From Actinomycetota bacterium (GTDB taxonomy: Bacteria; Actinomycetota; Humimicrobiia; Humimicrobiales; Humimicrobiaceae): a DNA stretch of 64,000 nucleotides. The translations under genes and the position numbers were made by a program. Of this stretch, positions 50,996 through 59,608 are shown piece after piece. Under the pieces are notes generated by a model. That model was given only the letters and a program-made list of their open reading frames with translations. It ran no database searches and was not told where the DNA came from. The stretch spans positions 481 to 64,480 of the forward strand of contig JAQVDY010000004.1 in NCBI GenBank assembly GCA_028698215.1, written 5' to 3'. Position 1 is the stretch's first letter. Each line of letters begins with the position of its first letter.

Positions 50996-51718
50996 TTATA
51001 TTCTTATTATTATCAAAGTAATATTATCATAGCCGCCTTGGCGCTTGGCGTGTTCTACTAGGCTTTGCCCCATAGCAGAAAGGGTTTTCTGTTTGTTCAT
51101 AATTTTGCCAATCATTTGGTCTTTTAGCATAGAATTTAGACCATCTGTGCACAGAAGCAGGGTATCTCCCTGATTCAAGTTCAACTGAAAGCTTTGCGGC
51201 TTTAAATCAGAATTCATACCTACTACCTGGGTAAGTATATTTTTTTGCGGATGGCTAAAGGCCTGGTCGTAGCTGATTTCCCCTTTTTTATATAATTCCC
51301 CCGCCAGCGTTTGGTCATAAGTTTTCAGTGTCACTTCTTTGCCTTTTTTTAAATATAGCCTGCTATCGCCTACATTAAGGACATAAGCGGTTAAATCTGA
51401 AATATAGCAGGCAGTTAAAGTAGTTCCCATTCCGCTATACTGGGGGTTTTCTTCTGAGAGCCTGTAAACCTCACGATTAGAAAATTGGGCGCATTGTATC
51501 ATTAATTGAGTAATAGAGGGGGGAGCCAGGTTTTTGATATTTAATTTCTGGTTATAAAAATTCTTAGTAAATACCTCTAGGGCTGTCTTGCTGGCTATTT
51601 CCCCTGCTTTATGGCCGCCCATACCGTCTGCTACTAAAAACAAATTAGAGTCTGCATACAAGCTGTCTTCGTTTTTTTCCCGGTAGTTACCTATGTCAGT
51701 AAGTGAAAAGTATTCCAT
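50996..51718 (-). CDS. PP2C-family Ser/Thr phosphatase (Stp1/PrpC)
   Basis: GNYREKNED, VADGMGGH, GMGTT, NVGDSR, LCTDGL, GGYDNIT; directly upstream of the kinase. Confidence 0.95.
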   Translation of the reverse strand: MEYFSLTDIGNYREKNEDSLYADSNLFLVADGMGGHKAGEIASKTALEVFTKNFYNQKLNIKNLAPPSITQLMIQCAQFSNREVYRLSEENPQYSGMGTTLTACYISDLTAYVLNVGDSRLYLKKGKEVTLKTYDQTLAGELYKKGEISYDQAFSHPQKNILTQVVGMNSDLKPQSFQLNLNQGDTLLLCTDGLNSMLKDQMIGKIMNKQKTLSAMGQSLVEHAKRQGGYDNITLIIIRI

Positions 51719-52191
51719 TATTTTTTAAAATCATTACCCAATGGATATAATAGTAAAGATAAATTTTTAAAAAATAAAGACTATATGCAATTTATATTTG
51801 GCAATGGACCCCAATAAGGGTTAGGGTAGGGCAATCAAGGCGGAAATTGCATTCAATTTATTGGTTTTACAAACATTAGGATATTGGAGGGGTAAGAGGG
51901 TGCTTCTAACAGTAAAAGACCCCAACACTTAAAGCATTTATTGTAAGTATAATTAAGCCTATGGTTGGAATCTTTAATTCCTGTTATGGGAGTGGCCAGC
52001 TTTCCCCTGCCTTAATCTTTTAAAACATGGACTTTAATTATTATTATAGCCATTAAACAAGTTAAAATTCATCCAGGGGCAATAAGGAATGCTTAAAAAA
52101 AATGATAATTAAAGCCTTGGGGCTATTGTATTTATAAATAAAATAGTTAAAATAAAAAGTCAGCATAAGCTGAAAAATCAGACTTTGGTAA

Positions 52192-52278
52192 GGGCGAATG
52201 GCGGAATTGGCAGACGCGCTAGGTTCAGGGTCTAGTGCTCGCAAGAGCATGGGGGTTCAAGTCCCCCTTCGCCCACCA
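52192..52278 (+). tRNA. tRNA-Leu(CAG), CCA encoded
   Basis: Acceptor GGGCGAA/TTCGCCC+ACCA; anticodon stem CTAGG/TCTAG with loop TT-CAG-GG; long variable arm; T-loop TTCAAGT. Confidence 0.97.
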
Positions 52279-52444
52279 AATCATTATGGTTTTTATGGGA
52301 ATAAGGGCAATGGATTATTGCCAAAGGATGGTTCTTGAAATAGTAGGCAGTGCATGTAGTCAATAAGTAGAAATAAAATACCTTGAGAGGTAATACTACA
52401 CATCTCAGAATAGGAAGAAGCCAAATAACAGTTTCCATAGTTGC

Positions 52445-53151
52445 TTGATTGCAACCAATCAATGATCAGTTTTTCTGTCTATTGCAGGGCAGTACTCTTG
52501 AATATGCCAATACAACACATAATCACCATAGATAAAGACGAGATCATCGCACAGAGCAAAAAAGCTTTGGATAAGTTTAACTTCTATAGGGATTTAAGAA
52601 CGGAGAAATAAAAATTGTTGATGTTTATAGCATTTCAACCAACGATTAACGGCAGAGGGTTTTACTGAAAACAAGAAGTTTTAAGTAAAAAGAAAGCAAA
52701 AAGCACAACGGTTTATGTCATCATGGAAACTCTGTTAAAAAAAGCAAATGAGGAAAAGCTGCCCAAACAAGCTGTAAATTTGGTTAAACTATTGTGTAGA
52801 AGCTGATTTTGCGTAATTAAGAATTCGACAAATTTGAAGTTGTAGGATATCCTTTTGATATCAGAAAAATAAGGGCAGCTAAGCTGTTCTTAAAAAAGGT
52901 GCAAACTGGGCGCCAAAAAGAGCGGGGAAGTGATGAGGCTTTATCCTCCCAAAGAAGACGGAATTTTTCAAAAACCTTGTGAGTATAATCATATTTCTAA
53001 TTTAGTGCTAGCACAACATGATCACTATGATGGTTTTAGTTATTCATATAGGATTAAAATAGAAAATATTTCTTTAATGGCAAAAATTATTGCTGTTGAG
53101 GCCACCGGTGATAAAATAATCAATGAAGATCTATACAAAAGCTGTGGATAG
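52445..53151 (+). pseudogene. Frameshifted remnant of a GGDEF + HD-GYP gene
   Basis: Collinear fragments in alternating frames: DQFFCLL (~52464), IMETLLKK (~52720), GYPFDIRKI (~52845), QHDHYDG...ENISLMAKIIAV (ORF 52930-53151). Confidence 0.65.
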
Positions 53152-53405
53152 GTAAGCGGCTATAAACAAAAAAATAAAAGTTCACCTATCCGGCTTGTTT
53201 TGAACCTATAGTGAGTTTTATTGACATTGTAATTGGGAAGAACTAATTGAGCAGTAGGTCTGTGCCTTAAGGTATGTACCTTATCATTCTAATTTAACCT
53301 ATTGATTTATCTTAAGCGGTAGGGGTAAATAGGAAATGGGTACATTGAGAATAAATATGCATTGTATTTCTATGCGTATCAGAAATCTGAGGGAGTAGAA
53401 CTGGT

Positions 53406-55421
53406 GTGAGAGAGAATAGAAGAGTTAATTGGTTCAGTAAATACTTAACCAACAATGGCAGGTATGACAAAGTTGATGCTTTATACAGAAAAGTATATGT
53501 CTTAAATGTTATTCTTACTATTATGCTGGTCATTTGCCTCCTTTTTGTTTTTATAGATATCGTCCTTTTTAGGATGTACGGCGCCGCCATAGTTAATGCT
53601 GCATCTGTTGTTTTATCCTTATTAACTTTAATATACTTTAAAAAGACAAATAATTATAAAGTTGCTGCTTATCTCTCAGTGGCAATTTTGTTTTTTATTC
53701 TAGCTGCCTTTTTTCAGGTTGTTCAGAATAAACACTACGCTTTCTATTGGCTCGCTATCCTTCCTCCTATTATATACTTTTTATTGGGTAAAAAGACTGC
53801 AAGGATTGCTTTGTGCATTTTTGGAGCTTACATGTTTTACTTTTTCCTATATAACAAAGCGGGTTGGAGTCCGGCAGAATTTGATAATCAGTCTGTTTTT
53901 AATATTGCAGGAGCAACCCTAAGCATAGTGTTGATGATAGCTTACTATGAAAAAAGTAGAAAAGAAGCATGGGATGAGCTAAGAAAAATAAATTTTCAAT
54001 TGGAGAACAGCCAGGATGAGCTGCGGTTGATTTTAGACTCAGCAGCTGAAGCTATTTATGGTGTCGACTTAAAAGGCAACTGCAGCTTCTGCAATAGAAG
54101 CAGTATTAAAATGCTGGGCTATAATAGTCAGGCTGAATTAATCGGCAAGAATATGCACTGGCAAATTCACCATACCACCAAGGACGGGACCCCTATTCCC
54201 ATTGATGAATGTAAAATTTTAAAAGCATTTATAAACGGTGAAGGTTCACATGTAGATGACGAAGTTTTCTGGCGTGCTGACGGCACTTCTTTTGATGTAG
54301 AATATTTTTCATACCCGCAAATTAGAAATGGAGAGATCATAGGCTCTGTAATAACCTTTATGGATATAAGTGAGCGCAAACAAAAAGAAGCAGAAATTCA
54401 ATATTTAAGCTGTTATGATACCCTCACTGGACTTCAAAATCGTAGATGTTTTGAAGAAAACCGTACAAAGTTTGATAACCAGGACAATCTTCCGCTTTCT
54501 ATTATTTCAGCGGATATTAACGGGCTGAAGATGACCAATGATATATTCGGGCATGCTGCCGGGGACGAGTTAATAAAAAAATCATCTAAAATTTTACTCC
54601 AGGCATGTAGGCAGGGCGATTTGGTTGCACGTGTCGGGGGTGACGAGTTTATAATATTTTTACCAAGAACAACTGGAGTAAATGCAGAAAAGATTATGGA
54701 TAGAATCAGGGCTGGATTCACTGATGCCAGGGTGGAAGCCATTAAATGCAGCATTTCTCTTGGTCTTGATACAAAAATAAGCACTGATCAATCGCTTGAC
54801 GAGATAATGGTTAATGCTGAAAATGCAATGTACAAAGACAAAACTATGAATCGAAAATCCATAAATAAGGACATTATTGATGCTATAATAGAAACCCTGC
54901 ATGCAAGAAACCCAAGGGAGAAACGACATTCAGCCAAAGTCAGTGAACTGTGCTACAAAATAGGGTCAGCTATGCTTCTTCCGGAAGCAGAGATTAGTAA
55001 ATTAAGCAGGGCAGGATATCTGCACGATATAGGGAAAATCGTATTTGACGATAGCATATTGTCCAAGGATTTTCTCTCAGATATAGAGCTAGAAAGAATG
55101 CAGCAACATTCGGTAGTTGGGTATAGGATTTTAAGTCTCTTTGATGACACGCTAGATTTGGCCGAATATATTTATGGTCATCATGAAAAATGGGATGGTA
55201 CCGGATATCCAAGACGGCTAAAAGGGGAACAAATCCCCTTGATTTCTAGAATCATTGCAGTTGGCGAGACTTATGATCGAGTGCTGAACAGAGGCGAACT
55301 TTCTTTAAAGAAACGGAAACAGGCAGCCCTTAAAGTAATCAGTAAGGGGGCGGGAACACAGTTTGACCCGAGGATTACTGAACTGTTTTTGCGCGTTATG
55401 GGTGAAAAAGAGGAGGTTTGA
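53406..55421 (+). CDS. Membrane-bound PAS-GGDEF-HD-GYP c-di-GMP turnover enzyme
   Basis: About five N-terminal TMs; PAS; RQGD I-site + GGDEF; HDIGK and HHEKWDGTGYP. Confidence 0.95.
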   Translation: MRENRRVNWFSKYLTNNGRYDKVDALYRKVYVLNVILTIMLVICLLFVFIDIVLFRMYGAAIVNAASVVLSLLTLIYFKKTNNYKVAAYLSVAILFFILAAFFQVVQNKHYAFYWLAILPPIIYFLLGKKTARIALCIFGAYMFYFFLYNKAGWSPAEFDNQSVFNIAGATLSIVLMIAYYEKSRKEAWDELRKINFQLENSQDELRLILDSAAEAIYGVDLKGNCSFCNRSSIKMLGYNSQAELIGKNMHWQIHHTTKDGTPIPIDECKILKAFINGEGSHVDDEVFWRADGTSFDVEYFSYPQIRNGEIIGSVITFMDISERKQKEAEIQYLSCYDTLTGLQNRRCFEENRTKFDNQDNLPLSIISADINGLKMTNDIFGHAAGDELIKKSSKILLQACRQGDLVARVGGDEFIIFLPRTTGVNAEKIMDRIRAGFTDARVEAIKCSISLGLDTKISTDQSLDEIMVNAENAMYKDKTMNRKSINKDIIDAIIETLHARNPREKRHSAKVSELCYKIGSAMLLPEAEISKLSRAGYLHDIGKIVFDDSILSKDFLSDIELERMQQHSVVGYRILSLFDDTLDLAEYIYGHHEKWDGTGYPRRLKGEQIPLISRIIAVGETYDRVLNRGELSLKKRKQAALKVISKGAGTQFDPRITELFLRVMGEKEEV

Positions 55422-55571
55422 ATAACCCATTATAGCAATTCTTTAAAAGTGCAAATAAATTTAGAATTTTCTTAAATAATAATCCGGGTATCTTATAAAA
55501 ATTGTGCAAATAACAATACTAAATTTACACACTCTTTAGACCAAGGGCAGGTATAAGCACTTATGCTAAAT

Positions 55572-55610
55572 AAAAAAAGCCCTGTATCTAGTACAGGACT
55601 TTTGTTTTTT
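55572..55610 (-). terminator. Intrinsic terminator, best formed on the minus-strand transcript (may be bidirectional)
   Basis: Stem AAAAGTCCTGTA/TACAGGGCTTTT with a U-tract on the minus strand; its G-U pair becomes a C-A mismatch on the plus strand. Confidence 0.75.
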
Positions 55611-55611
55611 A

Positions 55612-55653
55612 TTATTTAGTTTTTTTCTTACCTTTTGCTTTTTTGGTGCCCAT
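55612..55653 (-). CDS. Putative 13-aa Lys-rich micropeptide MGTKKAKGKKKTK
   Basis: SD GAGGTGA, ATG, tandem TAA TAA stops, with its own promoter and terminator. Confidence 0.55.
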   Translation of the reverse strand: MGTKKAKGKKKTK

Positions 55654-55690
55654 TCTCACCTCACTAAAGTTAGAATTAAATAATGAGCTA

Positions 55691-55719
55691 ATCATAGGCT
55701 CACCCCGGTTAAAAATCAA
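55691..55719 (-). promoter_or_regulatory. sigma70-type promoter of the micro-ORF
   Basis: TTGATT-17 nt-TATGAT on the minus strand. Confidence 0.6.
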
Positions 55720-55777
55720 TTATTATTTTTAAATTCAGATTTAAGTCAATATGTTATATTATTAAGGTAATCCTGAA

Positions 55778-55996
55778 ATGAAAAGGATAATATTAGATAC
55801 CAGAAAAAATAAAGATGTAAGCAGGCAGGGCATAGGCTGCGCCATCATGGTCATGGTGTTTTTAATTATTGCCTTGGTGGTGGCTATAGTTCAGCAAAGG
55901 GGCCTGGGCCTAATTATTACATTGGCAGTGATGGTTTTCGGTATAATTATCTTATATGCTTATATTTTTTTCAGGGTCACTAAAAAAAATAAATAG
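55778..55996 (+). CDS. Small two-TM hypothetical membrane protein
   Basis: 72 aa, two hydrophobic helices, basic termini; collinear with the next two genes. Confidence 0.55.
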   Translation: MKRIILDTRKNKDVSRQGIGCAIMVMVFLIIALVVAIVQQRGLGLIITLAVMVFGIIILYAYIFFRVTKKNK

Positions 55997-56026
55997 GTTG
56001 TACAAAAAATAGCAAGGAGCAAGGTA

Positions 56027-56383
56027 ATGACTTCTTTGGAGATAATAGGTCTGGTAGCAATTATTTTGATGTCAGCATTTTCTATAATAGCTATAATTTT
56101 AGCTGTTCCCATATTTAAGCTTTTATCTAAAGCAAACCGTATCATCGGAAGCGTTAGCGACCGGATAGACCCCATGGTTGGTGATCTCAATCTTATGGTA
56201 GGAAAGCTTAACGTGGAAATATCCTCTATAAATGATATTACCCGTAGCGCAGGCTCCATTGTGGAGCAGCTAGAAAAGATTATAAGGCTGGCCAGGATAG
56301 TGGTCACTAGCCCTATTATAAAAGTCATAAGTACCGGGGCCGGGCTAATAAGCGGTATTAAAAAAGCCAAGAACTCGGAGTAG
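56027..56383 (+). CDS. DUF948/YtxG-like single-TM coiled-coil protein
   Basis: N-terminal TM followed by a heptad-rich segment (KANRIIGSVSDRIDPMVGDLN...). Confidence 0.6.
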   Translation: MTSLEIIGLVAIILMSAFSIIAIILAVPIFKLLSKANRIIGSVSDRIDPMVGDLNLMVGKLNVEISSINDITRSAGSIVEQLEKIIRLARIVVTSPIIKVISTGAGLISGIKKAKNSE

Positions 56384-56396
56384 GGGATAGTGGTTT

Positions 56397-56576
56397 ATGA
56401 ATAAACGGGATGCAGGATTCATAATAGGCGGTGCTATAATTGGTGCAATTCTTGGTTTTATAATTCAAAAAAAAGGAATCACCAAGGTTATTGAACTGTT
56501 AAAAGGTAAAAAAACCATAAGTCCTAAAATTGTCGATTATTGGAAGCTATTAAGCCAAAAACTCGGCTGGGATTAA
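56397..56576 (+). CDS. 59-aa YtxH-like membrane protein (absent from the ORF track)
   Basis: Hand-translated MNKRDAGFIIGGAIIGAILGFIIQKKG...; Gly-rich TM; GGGGA SD-like site; follows the DUF948-like gene. Confidence 0.6.
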   Translation: MNKRDAGFIIGGAIIGAILGFIIQKKGITKVIELLKGKKTISPKIVDYWKLLSQKLGWD

Positions 56577-57820
56577 ATTATTGTTCCATGCCCGTATTTA
56601 TGGGGCTTAAGCCTGTAAATAGTTTCAAATGAGTTAAATAGGTCTAGATATTGTTCCAAGTATCTTATCATAAGGAAATTGTTTCTAACCGTTTCCCTGG
56701 CTTCTAGCCCTAATTTTTTACGTAAATCCCTATCTTTTATTAACTGGACTATCCTTTCCGCTGTTTCTTCAATAGATGACACCAGGAAACCATTAAAACC
56801 ATTTTTTATTTGATGGGTGATCCCTCCGGCTCTTCCGCCAATTACAGCAGCACCTTTCCACATGGCTTCAGTTACAGTAAGGCCAAAGCCCTCTTTGATT
56901 GATTTTTGCAATACCACCGCTGCTTTGCTTTGTAGTGAATTTACCAGTGCTGAGTCCTGGTGGCTAATAATGGTTATATGCTCATCCTGGTGCCGGAGCA
57001 GATTCTTGTATATATCTTCACCTTCCGGGTCATCAGTAGCAATATTTCCCAACAGTACCAAATGACAACTTACCTTTTTTCTAGCCAGTTTAAAAGCTTC
57101 AATTACGCCTTCAGGATCTTTCCACCTGTCAAACCTGGATATTTGGACTACCAGGGGAAGATCAGTAGGTATATGGTAATGTTGCAGGCGTTCATCTATC
57201 TCTTGATCGCTTAGCTTTTTATTCTTAACAGAGAAGGGATCAATGGCCGGCATAAAGAAAACCTGGGGAACCGGTATGTCTTGCTTGTATTCCTTCAGGG
57301 TAAGTATGGTTGCATCGTAATGTTGAATGTACCGCTTAAGGTAGGAGAACAGGTGCCCGTTGGGGCTGGAAAGATCTATATGGCATCTCCAGATCCAGGG
57401 CTGTCTTTTAGGGTAAAACTTAATCATGCCCAGAGGCTGGGGATCATGCACTATAATAAAATCATGATCCATTCGGTTGCGTACGGAATTTTCAAAAAGC
57501 ACTCTCTCGTAAATTTCTTTTTTGCGCTGGGTTAAATTGATATCCGCCCCTTGAAGGGCATTATGCATTTTTTTAGTTATACTAAAAAAATCAGGCGAAC
57601 CCTGTAGTACCTTCCACTCGGTTTTAATTCCCGCACTGTTCATAAGCAAGGTAAGGGGGGAGAGCATTTCTGCTACTCCTCCTCCATAAAAAGTGGAATT
57701 TATATGGGCTACATGCGAGCCTTGGCAAGGTTTTGCTTTTTCTTTTACCCTGTCTACCGTTTCCTGGCCTACAAATTCTTGATAATGCTCAATTTTTACC
57801 AGATCTTTAAGTTTGTTCAT
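56573..57820 (-). CDS. treT: Trehalose glycosyltransferring synthase (GT4)
   Basis: HINSTFYGGGVAEML, HDPQP, WIWRCHID, SRFDRWKD, EGFGLTVTEAMWK. Confidence 0.88.
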   Translation of the reverse strand: MNKLKDLVKIEHYQEFVGQETVDRVKEKAKPCQGSHVAHINSTFYGGGVAEMLSPLTLLMNSAGIKTEWKVLQGSPDFFSITKKMHNALQGADINLTQRKKEIYERVLFENSVRNRMDHDFIIVHDPQPLGMIKFYPKRQPWIWRCHIDLSSPNGHLFSYLKRYIQHYDATILTLKEYKQDIPVPQVFFMPAIDPFSVKNKKLSDQEIDERLQHYHIPTDLPLVVQISRFDRWKDPEGVIEAFKLARKKVSCHLVLLGNIATDDPEGEDIYKNLLRHQDEHITIISHQDSALVNSLQSKAAVVLQKSIKEGFGLTVTEAMWKGAAVIGGRAGGITHQIKNGFNGFLVSSIEETAERIVQLIKDRDLRKKLGLEARETVRNNFLMIRYLEQYLDLFNSFETIYRLKPHKYGHGTII

Positions 57821-58108
57821 TGTTTTTTGGGGTAAATTACAATTAATTTAAAATTATAGGCAATAATCTATTAGAAATCTAAGCCAAAAAATTTATCCTG
57901 TAGCCATATTGGGGAAAATAATACAAATGATGTTAATTAAAGTCAGGTCCAGGGCGATATCCCAATATTTTTAAAATATAAGGTCAACAATTGATTTAAT
58001 TTTCTAATGAAAGTATTATAGTAATAATTTTTACAAGTTAAAACCATAAGTCACCAGCTTCTTGCTCTAAAATATAATATTAAAAACAATATTTATTAGG
58101 GGAGATTT

Positions 58109-59206
58109 ATGCCAGGCCAACCTATAAGGGTAATTAATTTTGGAGAAGTCTCATGGCTTGATTCTCAAGCTATTTACCACACAGTCGCCCATGCTTTTGA
58201 TTCTGGCAGCATGGACACTATCACCATCATGAGTCCTAAAAGTACTTATGTCAGTATTGGATATTTCCAGGAACTGGAAAAAGAAGTGGACATAGATTAT
58301 TGTACCGCTCACAACATCCCCATTATAAGGAGGGAAGTTGGGGGAGGAGCCGTACTTTTGGATTCAAACCAGCTTTTTTTCCACTTCATTTTTAACCAAA
58401 ATAAATTGCCCAAAGATGTTTCTCAAATATATAGGATTTTTTTAGAGCCAGTAATAAACGCCTATAAAAAAATGGGACTGAATGTCTATCACCGGCCCAT
58501 CAATGACCTGCATATAGATAATAAAAAAATTGGAGGGACGGGAGCTGCAGAAATAGGAAAAGCCATGGTGGTAGTAGGCAGTTTCATGTTTGATTTCAAT
58601 TATGAACTCATGCCTCGCATATTAAAGGTCCCTTCTGAAAAGTTCAGAGATAAAGTTTATCAGAATGTTAAGGATTATGTGACTAATATAACCAAGGAAT
58701 GTAATTTAAAACAGTTGCCCTTATTTACTCCCGACGACATTAGCAGTGTATTTTTAGAGGAGGTCAAAGCTGCCTGGAAAAGACCTTTGGTTCTGGAAGA
58801 TAAGCTTAAACATAAAGAGGCACAAGAATTAAAATCAATCAGAAAGCGCCTTACAGATAAGGGATGGCTTTACAAGAAGGGAAAATTTTTAGACCGCAAA
58901 GTAAAGATAAATGCTGATATAAACTTATATGAAGGCAATTATAAATGTGAAGGCGGCTTGATAAGGATCACCTGCTCAACCAAAAATAACAATATTGAAG
59001 ACATAAATATATCAGGGGATTTTACATTGCTGCCGCTGGATGGGTTAACCTTTTTGGAAAATGGATTACGGGGATGCCCCTTGGAACAGGAAAAAATTTA
59101 TGAAGTCACCAAATCCGCTTACCAAAAACATGGTATCCGCTCTCCCGGAGTAGAGCCTCACCACCTGGCAGAAGCTATAAAAACTGTTTTAAGTGACTGT
59201 TTTTAG
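58109..59206 (+). CDS. Lipoate-protein ligase family (catalytic plus C-terminal accessory domain)
   Basis: VSIGYFQ, RREVGGGAV, NDL..NKKIGG, C-terminal KCEGGLIR...ISGDF. Confidence 0.85.
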   Translation: MPGQPIRVINFGEVSWLDSQAIYHTVAHAFDSGSMDTITIMSPKSTYVSIGYFQELEKEVDIDYCTAHNIPIIRREVGGGAVLLDSNQLFFHFIFNQNKLPKDVSQIYRIFLEPVINAYKKMGLNVYHRPINDLHIDNKKIGGTGAAEIGKAMVVVGSFMFDFNYELMPRILKVPSEKFRDKVYQNVKDYVTNITKECNLKQLPLFTPDDISSVFLEEVKAAWKRPLVLEDKLKHKEAQELKSIRKRLTDKGWLYKKGKFLDRKVKINADINLYEGNYKCEGGLIRITCSTKNNNIEDINISGDFTLLPLDGLTFLENGLRGCPLEQEKIYEVTKSAYQKHGIRSPGVEPHHLAEAIKTVLSDCF

Positions 59207-59589
59207 TCCTGCCCAAAATTAAGTGAACCTGAGTTTATGCAGTACCTTTTCCCTGTAGGAGGGGGCCCGTCATCAAACACATGGCCCAGGTGCCCTCCGC
59301 ATTTTGTACATAATACTTCTGTTCTAGCCATATTATGGCTGTGGTCTATGCTGGTACTGACATTTCCTTTTTTAGCGCAGTCATAAAAGCTGGGCCATCC
59401 AGTGCCTGAGTCAAATTTATGCCTGGAATCAAATAGCAGGGTGCCGCAACCAGCACAATAATATTTACCTTTTTTCTTATGGTTATAGTATTCATTCTTA
59501 AAAGGAGGCTCAGTCCCTTTTTCCCTCAGGATATGGTAGGCCTGGGGTGAAAGGGACTGCCTCCACTGCTGCTCAGTTTTATTTTTCAT
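59203..59589 (-). CDS. msrB: Peptide-methionine (R)-S-oxide reductase
   Basis: LREKGTE, CAGC, SGTGWPSF, RTEVLCTKC, GHLGHVFDDGP, RYCINS. Confidence 0.97.
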   Translation of the reverse strand: MKNKTEQQWRQSLSPQAYHILREKGTEPPFKNEYYNHKKKGKYYCAGCGTLLFDSRHKFDSGTGWPSFYDCAKKGNVSTSIDHSHNMARTEVLCTKCGGHLGHVFDDGPPPTGKRYCINSGSLNFGQD

Positions 59590-59608
59590 TTTTCCTCCTT
59601 AAAATCAA

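Noticed and set aside
51996-52011. 16-nt exact repeat CCAGCTTTCCCCTGCC shared with birA (42484-42499)
   Set aside because: About one 16-mer match is expected by chance in 64 kb; no flanking similarity
52062-52462. ORFs 52062-52250 and 52232-52462 on the minus strand
   Set aside because: They overlap the tRNA-Leu antisense and have no protein features
52460-52610. ~50-aa ORF (MISFSVYCRAVLL...) as a MobC-like remnant
   Set aside because: The same DNA is better explained as GGDEF remnants in another frame, collinear with the downstream HD-GYP fragments
52260-55700. att-type duplication of the tRNA 3' end, or an integrase bounding the islet
   Set aside because: No second TTCGCCCACCA-like copy and no recombinase motif found by eye
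59203-59589. Selenocysteine recoding in msrB or the other redox genes
   Set aside because: The catalytic position is Cys (RYCINS); no in-frame TGA-interrupted genes were noticed
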